64,000 bases of DNA from Lepidodermella squamata (GCA_047495785.1 JBLDXI010000010.1:2356001-2420000), one strand, 5' to 3'; shown: positions 1 through 12,802, numbered from the stretch's first letter. Made by a program: numbers and translations. The notes: generated from the letters alone by a model not told the origin.

Positions 1-2003
1 TCTCGCCGAGGCGGCTCAGGAAACGGCCGTGTTGCGTGAACACTTCCGGGCGCACGACAGCGTGGTCGAATAGCACACAGTTGAACGAACCGTAGACGCC
101 ATCTACAATTTATAATCAACATTAAAATTTCAGCAAATTTCAGAAAAATAAATTAAATCAGAAAATGGTTCGCTTTTTATAGGGAAATCAAAAACTTATT
201 TCTGGTCATTATGCGCTGAATATGTTATAAATAAAATCACATTAATCACGTTATTTTTAATTCCGGTCTCGAGTTTTCAAGTTCAACAAGCTTTTTTCGT
301 TCTCGTCAACCCAAATGAACGTGTTAACAAAAAGGCCAGAAATATGGTGACCCCGGTAAGCAAATATTGAAGCAAACCCCTGAAACCTTATAAATAATCA
401 AATAACGCCCTCGATCTACTGTGAGATGTAAAATTTACCCGCTGAGCCCCCAGATGCAAGGAGATTTATTTTTGGTTATTTACCTAAACAGTTTTCTTGA
501 TCAAATAGAAGCTTTTGTCGACAGGTAAAAAAACTTTGGAAGTAAGCCAGAAATTGATGATTCACAAGCGCCTGGTGTACTTTCCACCTTTCAGAATTTC
601 GCATGCGATTAGCAGGCTGTTTTTCATGATAATATAATCTACACGCTATGTAAATAAGCCACTCAACCTCGCTACAAACAGCTGCTCGCTTTTTTTCTCC
701 CCAACCGAGTGAGTCATTGTCACGAAAACACGACCGAATATCGAGATAACAATTAAACGAATAATGATAGCCCCAAAATGAAGAGACAATTTATCGGAGG
801 GGAACATTTTTTTTTAATATATTGAGATGAACATTAATGATAGCGTAAGTACTCACCGTTCACGTAATACATGAATTTCTTTGACAGCGAGTTTGTTTCA
901 TCATTCTTCTCGGCCATAACACGGCACGACGTGATGCAAACCGCCAGCGCGAAAGCAGCCGAAGCAAAATAACGGCCCGGCTCGGCAATAACACGAACAT
1001 GCGGGAACTCAGCAGCCGGGAAAAACTCATCCAGCGAAGCGTTGCAGACGCGAGCGATTTGTTCAAAGGTGACCTGACCGTCCTCGCTACCCGGGAAACC
1101 TCCGCCAATGTCTAAGAAGTGGAAAGATTGGTCGTATCCCAACTTAGCGGCCGTGTCAAAAACGAAACGCGCCGATTTCAGGGCGTCGTTGTACTGCGCA
1201 GCGTCGTAGCAACCGGAGCCTACGTGGAAACTGACGCCGATTACCTTGAGCTGCATTGCAAGCGCTGCCGCGAGCAACGGCTCGACGGAAGACAGAGCAG
1301 CGCCGAATTTAACACTGAACCGGCAGACAGACTTGGAATCATCGGTGACGATGCGCAGGACAAGCTCAGCCTCAGGGTAGTCCTGCTTGATCTTGACCAG
1401 CTCGGTCAAGTTGTCGAACGTCATCATGCGAACGCCCTTCTCGCGGGCGTAGCGAATGTGCGAAGCGGGCTTGCACGGGTTCGCGTAGATAATACGCGAT
1501 GGTTCAACGCCCATGTCCAGCATAGTCTGGATCTCAGCCTTCGATGCGCAGTCGAAGCCCGTGCCTAGCTTCTCCAGGGTGTTCAGCAGTACCTTGTCGG
1601 TATTGCACTTGATTGCGTAAAATGGTTCGATACGCGGTAGAAGCGACTTCCATTTGTCGAACTGTTTCACAACAATGCCTAGATCCCCGACGAAAAATGG
1701 CTCCTCGCCGTCGCCATTTTCGATTTCGCGTTCCAAAACATGGTCCAGAGTTAACGCATGAGATGTTGATGCAATTCTCGGATTCGGGAAGTTTTCACCA
1801 TTGTAATCATCGTCGTCGAAGCAAGTCAGATGAAAACATTCATCCTCCAGCTCAGCCGATTTCGACTTTGGCGGCGTAAACTTCTCGAGGCGATCGAGAA
1901 CCGCTAATCCAACGCTCGCGATGGCTAGATTACTAATATCATAGCCAATGCGGCGAACGTGAAAGGATTCCAGGGAGGCATTGTTGTGAGTAACAGCTAG
2001 CAT
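1..2003 (-). CDS. ODC1: Ornithine decarboxylase (3' end beyond window); exons 2003-857, 102-<1
   Basis: PLP-lysine motif [43 protein letters not shown]; spliced YYVN|DGVYGSFNC across GT-AG intron 856-103. Confidence 0.95.
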
Positions 2004-3361
2004 ACAGGTGTTGGCGTTGGAGACCAGTACGCACTTGCTAGTTTTTAATTAACAAAGAAAAAAGAGGTGACCCTATAATAAAAGGTTAAAATGATTAAAT
2101 GAACTATTAACAAGTTGATGAAGTTATGAAAGATGTATTAACTACCAAATCCACTCGAAATTCCTCATTTAAATAGAACTGACATGACTTTGACCTCAGA
2201 AAGCAACGTGATAACATAAATTTAAGAGCACCTGAAGAGCACGCGATCGGAGAGTTTGACCGACCTTAATTAGCAGCAATGAATTATATCAATAACAAAT
2301 AAGCGCCACGCTATTGAAAACTGTAGTTTACGTAGACAGGGCGTGTGAAATCTATGTAAATCGTGAAAATAAGTTATCTATCAACGTAGTTTAGGGCAAG
2401 GGTCGTTAGCAAAATAGCAGATATGAAAATTCCCGTTTATTGCGTCGAAATGACGAAAACTCTCAAGCTAGCGCTATTTAAGCGGAGGCGTTAGTAATGA
2501 AATGTCAGGCTGCAGCAGCTAGCATGAAGCAGGAAAAACACATGCAGAGAACGAGCGAGAAGCACAGGCAAACCTTCGTACATACGGCCGACCAAGCAAC
2601 GGACCAACCAAGAGCCCGCAAAAAATGATTCATCAAAAATTATTTTTTCAATTATGAATTAAATTCAAGGCAATAACTGTAAATAATATTTAACTTCAAC
2701 ATCTGTGGAAAACTTTTGAAAATTGTTCGAATTTTTTAAAATATTTGCGCTCGAAAAAATCTTGTTTCAGCGAGAACGAGTCCCACTTTCCAATGCTCTC
2801 AGTTCTCGGCGATGACCACAAAATCGGCAAGAAGTTGGCGATAAACTGTGTGAACCGTGAACCCACCATGTATGTGGTTGCTGTTTGCATCTCGCTCTCT
2901 TCTTGCAACATCTACAGCCTGTTGCCGTTTGCCGCAAACCTTGCGTTGCTCGATGATCGTGGATTGTTTTTTAGAAAGGCGCCCTTTGAGGCCGGGGCCA
3001 CTAGCTACCTGTGGTTTGCCCAAAAAGGCGCTAAAAAGGTCCATTATGGGGGTGAAGGCTTAATTTGGGGTCGCGTGCATCCCCCGAGCGACCCCTTATC
3101 TCCGCCACTGCCACTAGCTTTGGAAAGTGGAGCTCAATCCTGCAGATGATATATGTCATTTGATGCGCTGAATACTCAGGTGTAGGTTATACGGGTATAG
3201 ATATGTAAAATTACAAATCAAGTATCCAAGCTGCGTGTTGCTGACTGAAGTTCTCGGCAACAGTTATCAGTTCTCAATAAGCTTTGTAAGTATTTCTTTG
3301 ATTTTTTTAGGAGTTTTAAGAAACGTTGCTTTATTGAGAGTTCCTTACTTGGAGTGGCTGC

Positions 3362-4993
3362 ATGCCTTTCTTGAAACGCTCCGTTCAACCGCGGGGCACT
3401 AATCAATTGGATGGATTTGACGACGGTGCAAACGAACAATATCCGTTGATAGCTCTCAGCCATGAGTCAATTTGTCAGCTAATCGAACAGTTAAGTTTGC
3501 TGTCTCAACATGTAGAAGACATTTTTGCTGAGCTGCTTGCCGATGCTGCTGCCATCTGCAAACGCACTGCTAACCTGCAGCAGAGGATCGACGTGTTAAA
3601 AGAACGGGTAGAGCAATCCAATGGTGCTGATTTTGAAGAGACACAAACGCCGGATAAATGGATGATGCGTATGCCGTTTCATCTGCATCACTCTACAGAG
3701 CAACACTTCTTCACGAAGCACACTACCCCACCAGCTCTCCTCGATTTATACAACCAATGCGCAAGACCGCCGCCCCTTGATGCATTTGACAAATTCCAAG
3801 ATCCCGGGGCGAAGTCTTGTTTGAAATCATACAGCGACCCGGATTTCTTCTTCGAGCTATGGAAGAAGAACTTGGAGCGTGAATTTCAGCAGCCAACTAT
3901 TGCAAATGGCAAGCATTTAGCTAAACAGCAGCAACAACATATCGGAACTATGCATCGCGATAAGGTTGTGAAACCTCGCGCTCAGATGAAAGAAACGAAT
4001 CAAATAATGGCTCGAGGTCGCGAATTCGTGCCTCAGAATAACTACGCAGCTTCGAGTCAGGACGATAACAACTCGTTGTATCAGCAGTTCGAAAACATGA
4101 GTGTAGCCTCAGAGTCGAATTACGGCTCTAGGTCACAGGCGATGGGTACAAATACGTCGTATATGTACGGAAATGACCAGGCCGACTTCAATGCGAGTAA
4201 CACGACTACGAATTTACATGAATCGATGTTACCGCCTCCACCTCCGAATATGTGCATCGACGAGGAGTTCCCGCCACCGCCGCCTATGTCTCCGCCTCAG
4301 CAGGCTCATTCTCAGATTTATAGCCAATCCAGGTTGAATGTACCGGCGCCTCCTCCACCTCCGCCGCCGCCTCCTCCTCCGCCGCAAAATTCAGCAGTAG
4401 CTGCTGTACCACCTCCCCCTCCGTTACCGCAACTTCAAACTCTGAAAAAGCAACCGGTTTCGAGCGGAAATCTCCAACCAGCACCTCCACCGCCCCCACC
4501 ACCGCCTCCTCCGCCTTCGGGAGGTGCACCGCCACCTCCTCCCCCGCCACCGCCGCCGCCACCCGGCCCACCTGGTGCGAAAACCGACAAACCAGCCGCG
4601 TCAGCCGGGAAAATGGAACAGGCCCAAAAAGCTCAGGCGACATCGAATAACCGCGACAATTTACTCGAGGCGATTCGGAAAGGCACAAAGTTGAAACCAG
4701 TCGCTCGGCAAGGCTCAGATTCCGGCTCGAACGGCAACCAGCCGTCGAATTCGACCAACTCAACCTCTTCATCGCGCCTTTTCGGTGCAAATAACGCGAA
4801 TAAACCCGGTCAATCAGGCCCGGGCAATGCCGGGGGTAAACCCGGGGCGCTGCCTGATATTCACGCGATGCTGGAGCGGGCGATTGAGGCGAGGAGACGG
4901 GCGCTAACAGGCGGCGATTCTGCGTCGTCGTCTTCGGATGAAGACAATTCAGATGGCGGTGAAATGTCGGCGGATTCGAAATGGAATTCGTGA
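3362..4993 (+). CDS. WASF: WAVE/SCAR (WASP-family verprolin homolog), intronless CDS
   Basis: N-terminal WHD (MPFLKRSVQP..., YSDPDFFFELWK), polyproline, WH2 (RDNLLEAIRKGTKLKPV), acidic tail with terminal Trp. Confidence 0.93.
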   Translation: MPFLKRSVQPRGTNQLDGFDDGANEQYPLIALSHESICQLIEQLSLLSQHVEDIFAELLADAAAICKRTANLQQRIDVLKERVEQSNGADFEETQTPDKWMMRMPFHLHHSTEQHFFTKHTTPPALLDLYNQCARPPPLDAFDKFQDPGAKSCLKSYSDPDFFFELWKKNLEREFQQPTIANGKHLAKQQQQHIGTMHRDKVVKPRAQMKETNQIMARGREFVPQNNYAASSQDDNNSLYQQFENMSVASESNYGSRSQAMGTNTSYMYGNDQADFNASNTTTNLHESMLPPPPPNMCIDEEFPPPPPMSPPQQAHSQIYSQSRLNVPAPPPPPPPPPPPPQNSAVAAVPPPPPLPQLQTLKKQPVSSGNLQPAPPPPPPPPPPPSGGAPPPPPPPPPPPPGPPGAKTDKPAASAGKMEQAQKAQATSNNRDNLLEAIRKGTKLKPVARQGSDSGSNGNQPSNSTNSTSSSRLFGANNANKPGQSGPGNAGGKPGALPDIHAMLERAIEARRRALTGGDSASSSSDEDNSDGGEMSADSKWNS

Positions 4994-5398
4994 TTTTCTG
5001 TTCAATTTTCACGTCCAATGTGCCTTTTTCTGTTTGTTACTACTAGCTCTGAGCTGAATAAACGATTAAACTCTGACTCAATTTTCGAGAATTACGTAGA
5101 AAATTATCAACGCTTCCGATTTTCGCTTGTTTTTATACGCGGTGCTGTCTCGCTTTCTGTTTTGTCTCTGTATCGCCATCCAGTTCTGACTTCCATATTG
5201 AATTCAAGCTCATCAAAGCAAAATTCCGAGTTATGTGTTATAAATTATCGTTTTCTGTCGGCTGTCTCTTGCTTTAATATCGAAAATTAATACTGCAATT
5301 TTTTGACGAAAAGAAATAATAGCAAACATTTATAAAAGACAATATTTTTTGAATTTTTTAGTTATTTTGCCCTGATTTTAATGAAAAAATGAGGTGAA

Positions 5399-7131
5399 AT
5401 GGCTTCATCGAACGAAGCTAGCGGTGGAGTTTTGCAAAATTTCCCGCCCTGTACGTACTGCCTGCGAAAATTGGGCGGCGTCGGCGTGAAATGCGCGCAG
5501 TGCGACGAGTTCTACGAGTGTCTCGCATGTTTTGCGTCCGGCGCCGAGGCAGGGCCACACCGCAAAGACCACGACTATTTCGTGCTGGACGCCGGGCAGT
5601 TTCGCCTGTTCGATAAACCTATCACATGGACAGCATCTGAGACGTTGGCTCTATTGGATGGGGTCGAACATCACGGTTTCGGAAATTGGACGAATATCGC
5701 GAAATCTGTGCCTAGTCGAAGTCCGGAGGGTTTGTTGAAAAAATTAGAAAAAAAACATTAAGGGAAATCATTCAATTTTTTGTAGAGTGTGCGGTATTTT
5801 TTGTGACGATGTTTGTCGAAGGGAATTTGCGGCGTGTTTTCAATGCGAATAAACTCGATATGGACATTCAGGACCATTCAACGCCTGCTCAGCCAAGTTT
5901 GTTATATTTCAGTTATTTCTGTTAATTTTATCTGTTTTTTATGCGTTAATTTTAGTTTCGCTGCTGCCGCCTGTTGAAATGACGCTGGATGAGAAGCGCG
6001 AGTTGGGCTACTACCCATTTCGCGATGATTTCGAACTCGAATACGACCATAACGCCGAGCAACTCGTTGCCGATCTCGTTTTTCGAGCCGATGACGACGA
6101 GGACCAAATAGGTAAACCAATTAATCTTGAAATCTTAATTTTGCTATTGTTATTTATTTTTATTCCCAGCGTATAAAGTGTGGCAAATCGATCGGTATCG
6201 GTTGAGGCTGGACAATCGAATTAAGCACAAAATGGTGGCTCGTGATTATGGCCTCGTAATCCCAGCCGCAGCTGAGCCGTCGGCTTCTACCTCGAATACC
6301 GCGCCGCCGTCGGGAAAACGGTCGAAAGACTCAAAAGAAATGGCGCAGCAAAGCCAGGCGCAGCCTTCCAAAAACGATATATTCTCAAAGTTTGTCATTA
6401 ATTTTCTAATAAATTTTAATTATTTAAATTATTTGAAATTTTTTAGCTTCGAATATTTGCGGCCGTTGTCGCGGTACAAATCGGCCGAGGAGATGCGAAG
6501 TTTAATCGAGAGTCTCAAAAAGGAGAAGCAACTGCGCGATCGAGTCAAACAACTGTCGAATCTCAAACGCCAGGGCGTCACCAAGCTCAAACGTATGCTG
6601 AATTCATTTGAAATTTGTGATCTGTGATTTAACGCTTGTATTTAATTTTTCTAACAAAGAATTATTCTCTTATAAACTGGGAATTTTCATCGAATGTTTT
6701 TGATTTCAGAAGAAAAATCGTCTCCATCGCCTTCGCCTGTCAAAAGCGCTAGAAATGGCGCGAAAAAGGTGGCCGAAATCGACGAAGTGAAACGATCGCC
6801 TCGGCCCGTTTCGCCTCAGACGAACCGCGTCGAATCGCCAACGCGGTCCTACCCGACGCGGTCGTCGGCAGCGTCGCCCACCGGCTACGACGACTACGCG
6901 CCCGAACTCGCGGACATGATGACGGAGCGCGAGCGCAAGATGTGCCACTCGATGAAAATGTCCTACAAGCAGTATTTCGGCGTGAAGACGGCCATTTTGA
7001 AGGACTACCTCGCGAGGCGGCGTGGTTGCGCCGTCAAATTGCGCTATCCGCCCGGCCTCGACCCGGCTCATCGACGCGCGATTATTGGCCTCATGACCGA
7101 TAACGGGTGGCTGGATGATGATGCTTGTTGA
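5399..7131 (+). CDS. TADA2B: Transcriptional adaptor Ada2b; ~6 exons
   Basis: ZZ zinc finger (CTYC...CAQC...CLACF..GAEAGPH), SANT (WTASETLALLDGVEHHGFGNW), GYYPFRDDFELEYD, C-terminal SWIRM-like region; short GT-AG introns join the ORF pieces in frame. Confidence 0.9.
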
Positions 7132-7679
7132 GAGCTCATCAATATCGAATTTTCCGGATAAAATCAATTTTTTCATACTTTCAGCTGAAATTCCCGAAAA
7201 TTTAAGATTTTTAAAATTGTTGAATTTTCTTAGAAAATTTTAAATTTCCGAAACAAATTCTTTGGAAAAATTCTATTGTTTTAAAGAAACTTGTCAGATT
7301 TTTTTAAATCTTCAATTTTGTGGAAAATTTAATTTGGCTGAAAATTTTCGATTTTCGATCAAAAGCGTTGACAAATCCGGAAAATTCGATGTTGTAATTT
7401 GCGAGAGAGATGCATTTGACTTCCTTTTATACGAATTGTGAATAATCGTGTCGAATTCGCGATTGATACTTGCGTTCGTTTTTTATTTAATTGCTAGTTG
7501 TAGTACAGCCTAGCCGTTTTGTTAGCCATGTTTTGTTGAACTTCTTTCATGCGATGAAATAAAAGACCGTATTATTTGCTGATAAATTCGTCTTTTTATT
7601 GGATTTCAGTTGTCAATTAAACGAGGACGTGGCACATGAAATATTGCCTATAACCTCAGCCAGCGATGTTCGAAATTGT

Positions 7680-8631
7680 CTAAGCAGTGGTTCCAAGTGG
7701 TTTGTTGAAATCAGCCAAGCCAACCACTCCGCCCTTGGACAGGTGGGAGAGGATGTAGACGAGGCCGAACAGGGTGGGCAGCTGGGTGAGCGCGAAGCCG
7801 AGGGCGCGGCCTCTCGGATTGACTCGGTAGCCGATGAAAAACGCAACTCGGCCGATCACAAAAATCAGCGATAGGAACGGAAGGAACCTGATGAAAAAGT
7901 TAAAAAGTATAGTATGAATATCGAATTTTACTATTTTTATTATTTCAATTCGAAACGTAAGCGGTAGCAAATTTGAAGTGTCTCAAATTAAAAAAATTGT
8001 GCAAGTAATAAAAGGCTTTGAGGCACTTTTTAGCCATATCTCTCCAAATGATTGAATTACGGGAAAAATTGGCGTATTTTGGGCGCAATTTTCCGTGTTG
8101 GGCTTCCTCCTATACCTTGAAGATCTCAAGTAGAATAGTTCAACTATTTGCGAATTTCTAGGCTAATAAACCATGGGGATACGGTAATATAAAAGGGCTA
8201 AAATGGAAATTATTTTTTATATAATTTTACTTTGAAGTCGTCTCGTTCAGGATAGTGCTGAGTGAAAGCAGCACAAATGCGTGAAGAATGAATTGTTCGA
8301 ATGTGTTGACCAAAATGCGGCTGTTCATCGCAACGAAGGCTTCATTGCCCGACGCAGGGTCGATAGCCGGCGTGAACAGGCGGCCCATTGTTACAGCAGC
8401 CACCATGAAAAACAGTGGGGTTATCGAAAAGGTTAGGCATCGCAGGGCTAGGCCCAATCTGGCGTCCAACTTTTCTGTCCCGGCATATTTCAGGTCGTGG
8501 TTATCGACCGCTTGAAGGCCGGTGGCGAAAATGGCGACGGCAATTGCGATTTGAATGAAAATCGGAACGCGATAGGCAAACCAGCCAACTTTTCGGTCCT
8601 TTTTCTCACCGCTAGATCCGTCTTTTGACAT
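7680..8631 (-). CDS. MAPEG-superfamily / TMEM79-like membrane protein; exons ~8631-8231, ~7886-7680
   Basis: Several hydrophobic helices, RILVNTFEQF and FVIGRVAFFIGY...RALGF motifs. Confidence 0.7.
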
Positions 8632-9020
8632 GTTCTCAAATAATAGTTAATTACCTAAAATCAATGCATGTGGTTGTACTCACCCTATACTAGTGGAATC
8701 TTTCAAAACGGGAGATAGGTAGGAATTTTCGAATAAATAAAAAGTCGGCCAATTTTTCTCCGTCCATTACATATTACATATAACAAGTAGGCATTGTCTT
8801 ACCACAACGGCTTCTACTCTGTGGCTAGTTTGATAATGTGTATTTTAAACGAGGATAAAGCAAAAACTGAGAAAAAGGCAAAAACCATAGATAAATAGAG
8901 TGAGCAAACAATCGCCATGACCAGAGGAGATAGCGAAAAATGCCGCGAGATTATCACAAAACGCAAGCTGAAACAATGCGTCAGAAATTTACGACGACAG
9001 TATTGATTCACAGATGAACT

Positions 9021-10036
9021 GGCCGATGCTGGAACCTGGAACGAAAGGTATTTGGGACAAAAAACCCCATGTTTTTCGGAGTTTGGAAATTGATAGACCG
9101 CAGCGCCGGGAAATCGTGGACAGGTTAACTTTAAACACTTCGGGTTTGCAGCGAATAGCTTGGAAATGCCGTATGATAATAGCACAGAGTTTGTTGCATA
9201 GGGTTGCCCGTCTCTTGTACTCTTCGAAAGTAGGCTTAACGTGATGCGGGACCCCCTCATATCTCCCATGCCAAGAAAAATGAAACGCTGACGATTGGGT
9301 TTTGCCGGACATGACCCAGAAGTTCAGGTGAAAATGTGGTTATTTTGGACTGTACGAAAATGCGAGTGCGTAAAAATGTATTTCTCTCAATTCTTTTTGA
9401 AAAATAGATCGACCTTGGGTCTAATTTCGAGAGAAAATTAAGAACAAATGAAACACGCCGCCGTAAGAAGAGGGTCCTTATATCCAAGACAGATTTTTTT
9501 TGAAGAAGTCAATATTGTTGCAGGACATTTTTTTGTGAGACACAACATAAAATATAAGGTCCCTTATCATATGGTAGCTTTGATTATGCGTTGTGTTTGG
9601 TTTTCAATTTCTGCATGCAAATCAACGATTTCGTCATAAAAAAGTCGTGATAAATCGACCATTAGACGACTGATTACCTGGTGAAATACTTAATTACAGA
9701 AATCAAATGTCTCCGTAGCTGGAAAGTTCTTGGTAGAAGGTGTTGACAACATTTAGGTCTGGAAATCGTCGTAGTTAGGAAAGCCATTGGAAATTACCAG
9801 TGAAATCGGCTGAATGGCGCCAGTGAACTCGGAATACTAGTACAGTGTCTATATTCCTCCAAGGCGGGAAGTCACCGACGCCATAGCTTTCTGCGCTGAT
9901 TGGTTGAATCCCCGCTCGATCGAGCCATGGATCGATGAACCGGTTATGTTTTACTTTCGCAACGTTATCTCTTTCAATTCACACATACTTATCATTTTCC
10001 CATCCCTCACAGCGAAATAATTAAAATGAGGGAAAT
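9021..10036. mobile_element. ~1-kb insertion of probable transposon origin splitting a PAN-gene 3' flank
   Basis: Flanks tattgattcacagatgaactg (9001) and ttttctcagtccattac (10037) are contiguous at 19569-19606; 9779-9822 resembles 13158-13202. Confidence 0.5.
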
Positions 10037-10128
10037 TTTTCTCAGTCCATTACAAATAACAAGCAGGCATTATCTTACCAACAGCTACTCACAGATAAAT
10101 ACTATTGAGGCTTAGCCATGAATCAATT

Positions 10129-10848
10129 AGTACGGATGATAATTTTTTGCCTCGCATTTTTTTAATAACTCCGTAACCATGATGAATTTTGAGGATGATG
10201 AATTTTCGATAGATCTAGTCTGGTGTAAACTTTCCTAAAATCCTCGTCGAATTGGGATAAAATTTGAGAAATTGATGACAAAAATGCTTCTTGTGATTTT
10301 TGGTGAAAAAGTTCATTTTTGAAAAATGCTATTTTCCAGGTTTTAGTAATTTTTGTCATTTTCCTGTCGTAAAGCTAAATTAGACCATATTCCTAGCATG
10401 GCGTGATGTCAATCCCGCACCGTTAACCGAGAATTTCACTGTGGACCGGACAGAAACGTTTCTCAATATAACGAAATGAGATCCAAATGGGTTTTGACAT
10501 TATTTCTGGAGGACTGCACCAAATTTGCAAAGCTGCAAGTTTCAGGTTGTGCAATTGTTGATTTTTGTGGAAATCGGCGACATGGATGACTATATAGTGG
10601 ACCACCTCTCCACTAAATCTGAACCCTCTGACAAGAAAAATGGTTGCCACAAATCACATGGATGCAGAATAGCATTTTTCAAAAATTAACTTTTTTTACC
10701 AAATTTCTCACCAATTTTGTCACCAATTTCTCAAATTGTATCCCAATTTAACGATGATTTTGGTGACTGGTGAAACCCGCTCCTCAAAATTCATCATGGT
10801 TACGGAGTTATTAAAAAAATTCGAGGTACAAAAATTATCATCCGTACT
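10129..10848. mobile_element. Non-autonomous TIR element (MITE-A), copy 1
   Basis: AGTACGGATGATAATTTTTT...AAAAATTATCATCCGTACT with long imperfect inverted arms; 3 copies in window. Confidence 0.85.
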
Positions 10849-11261
10849 TTAGATTGCACCTAAGATGTTTAGTAGAACACCAGCTACGCGGGCAGATAGT
10901 GTTTTCAAACAAGTTAAGCATCTGTCAAAATAAATAGCACCAGTGATCGATTCATGTGACCTGGCCGGTTATCCACATTGCTCTATATTATGTTTCCGCT
11001 TTTTGTTAAGATGAAAAGCATTTCGCCAGCAGCGTACATGCATGGCTCATTCCTATTATACGTTTATTATATGTTTATTGCTGAAATTCCGCGAAGGTAA
11101 TACCGCCCATTGTTTCAGCTGCTATCAATGACGCAAGTGTTTTTGCTGTGTTTGAATGGGACACGCCAATAAAAGGCATGGGCTGAAGTGAGGAAAATGA
11201 TCAAATCTATCAAGTTCAACTTTGTGTAATTCCGCCTCCGAGATATAAAACCGAAGCCACT

Positions 11262-11623
11262 ATGTCGATCAAATTCGCTATCGCCGTTATTCTGATTGCT
11301 GCTTACGCCGAAGGTAGGCTTATTATTTGTAATAATTGACTACTTTGCCGCGTGTTCTAAAATATTGTGTGTTTTCAGCGACTAACCCCGAGGAGGTCAT
11401 TTTCGGAATGTCATCTTCCAACTGCAGATCTGACTCAAATGTCATCGAGACCGTGTACTTCCCGATCGGTCAAGGGCCTTGCCGTTTAGCGTGCGCCGCA
11501 CGAAGCAATTGCGCTGCTTTCAAGTACTTCACTGTAGATGGCGAGTGTTCTCTGCTGACTTCGTGCATTGGAAAGGGCTACACTAATTGGTCGGCTGGAG
11601 TACGCGACGCGATTAGATATTAG
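11262..11623 (+). CDS. Small secreted single PAN/Apple-domain protein PAN-A (98 aa); exons 11262-11313, 11379-11623
   Basis: Signal peptide MSIKFAIAVILIAAYAE, 65-nt GT-AG intron, C..CRLACAARSNCAAFKY....C.L...C....W.AG pattern. Confidence 0.8.
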
Positions 11624-11911
11624 ACTCGCCTGAACAACGTTGCACCTTCGCTGACGTGGCTGACGTGAGAGCATGATGATGACGAGTCTATCTTGAAGTA
11701 AATAGTTGAGAGGCCGCGCATTTTTCACTTGTTAAGCATTTTTCGTGACCCACCATTGCGGTACACCCAAGCATCTATAGAGTTTACAATTTTACTGGAG
11801 AATCACTGCTATTTCCCAAGGGATGTTAAACAATTTCTTTCTCTTCTCCACGGGTTCACCGGAGAAAATGTAAATTTACGAGATATAAATCACGGGAAGG
11901 TATAAACCTTA

Positions 11912-12415
11912 AGTAAAAAAGAGAGCGACCGTATTTTGCTTCTAACAACAACTTTATTTTTAATTTTATGCGACGTTTCGGCCCTTGCGCGGACCATCAT
12001 CAGGCTATAACAAAGAAAAAGCATAACAAGAATTAGTACAGTAAAAGGACGAAATCACAACAAAGAATCAGGATAAAATATCAAAATAGTTTCAATTTTA
12101 TGGAGTCGGACAGCACGTTGAGGCTCACAGCAATCTTCGTTTTCTTAATGAGTAAGCTCTCGTGCACCAAGCAGTCCCATCTGTTACGACACTTGCGTAA
12201 CACCCTGAAATGGGCATGAATATTGAAGCTATTCGGCAGTTTGTGAGTGGCCAGGTGTTTGCCAATTGAGCTTGACGAAAGTTTATGTTCCTCGACCCGT
12301 TGATGCAGGTGCCGTGAGGTCATACCGACATAGCCAGCGTCGCACTGGCCACATGAGAATTTGTACACGACACACTGGCGGTTGACGAGTTCAGGCTTGG
12401 TTTCCTTAGCACCAA
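11912..12415 (-). mobile_element. Penelope-like retroelement 3' fragment (GIY-YIG endonuclease + pLTR), copy 1
   Basis: [34 protein letters not shown] with CCHH residues; hammerhead downstream. Confidence 0.9.
11967..12009 (-). ncRNA. Minimal type I hammerhead ribozyme (PLE-associated), copy 1
   Basis: Minus strand agc CUGAUGA u GGUCC gcgcaa GGGCC GAAA C GUC gc: full catalytic core, stem II, minimal stem III. Confidence 0.85.
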
Positions 12416-12484
12416 GATTTCTGCAGCAGTGGCACTATTCGCGTAGAGAAGCCTAGCCAGGTTATGAAATTTTGCGAGAAAAAT

Positions 12485-12557
12485 TGGAGGATACGGGCGT
12501 CGATCCCGTTACCTCTCGCATGCTAAGCGAGCGCTCTACCATGTGAGCTAATCCCCC
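12485..12557 (-). tRNA. tRNA-Ala(AGC)
   Basis: GGGGGATTAGCTCA...CTCGC TTAGCAT GCGAG...CCTCCA. Confidence 0.93.
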
Positions 12558-12632
12558 GTGGTAGTAACCAGACGATTTTTTGCTGTCATTTCATATAGCA
12601 GCGGTTTCGGCAAATTGCCTTGAAAAAGCTTG

Positions 12633-12705
12633 CGCCCTCCGGGGGACTCGAACCCCCGACCCTGTGATTAAAAGTCACATGCTCTACCGACTGAGCTAGG
12701 AAGGC
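12633..12705 (-). tRNA. tRNA-Lys(TTT)
   Basis: Cloverleaf, TGTGA CTTTTAA TCACA. Confidence 0.93.
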
Positions 12706-12802
12706 CCATGTTGATGGCGGCTGTTTATAGAGCTGGTGAAGATTTCGACGCTGCTGAATTTCCAAGCGGCAATAAGCCGCCCTCACCTGGTGCAAAATTA
12801 GT

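Noticed and set aside
2004-2640. Canonical AUU-initiated PPW-ending uCC of ODC/AZIN1
   Set aside because: No PPW-like motif in any frame of the predicted spliced leader
3085-3110. hAT-like TIR (CTCCGCCACTG); pogo-like TIR at 52261-52286
   Set aside because: Only one end found in each case, no TSD
4284-5018. Long antisense/alternate-frame ORFs over WAVE, CEP295, NUP210, BUB1, MRPS5, PSMC3, hnRNP U
   Set aside because: Shadow ORFs of real genes with no recognisable motifs
10162-10650. ORFs inside MITE-A as a transposase
   Set aside because: Short, no DDE motifs, and a single-base difference between copies opens or closes them
11244-11250. TATA box of the PAN gene
   Set aside because: Only ~11 nt upstream of the ATG, too close for canonical spacing
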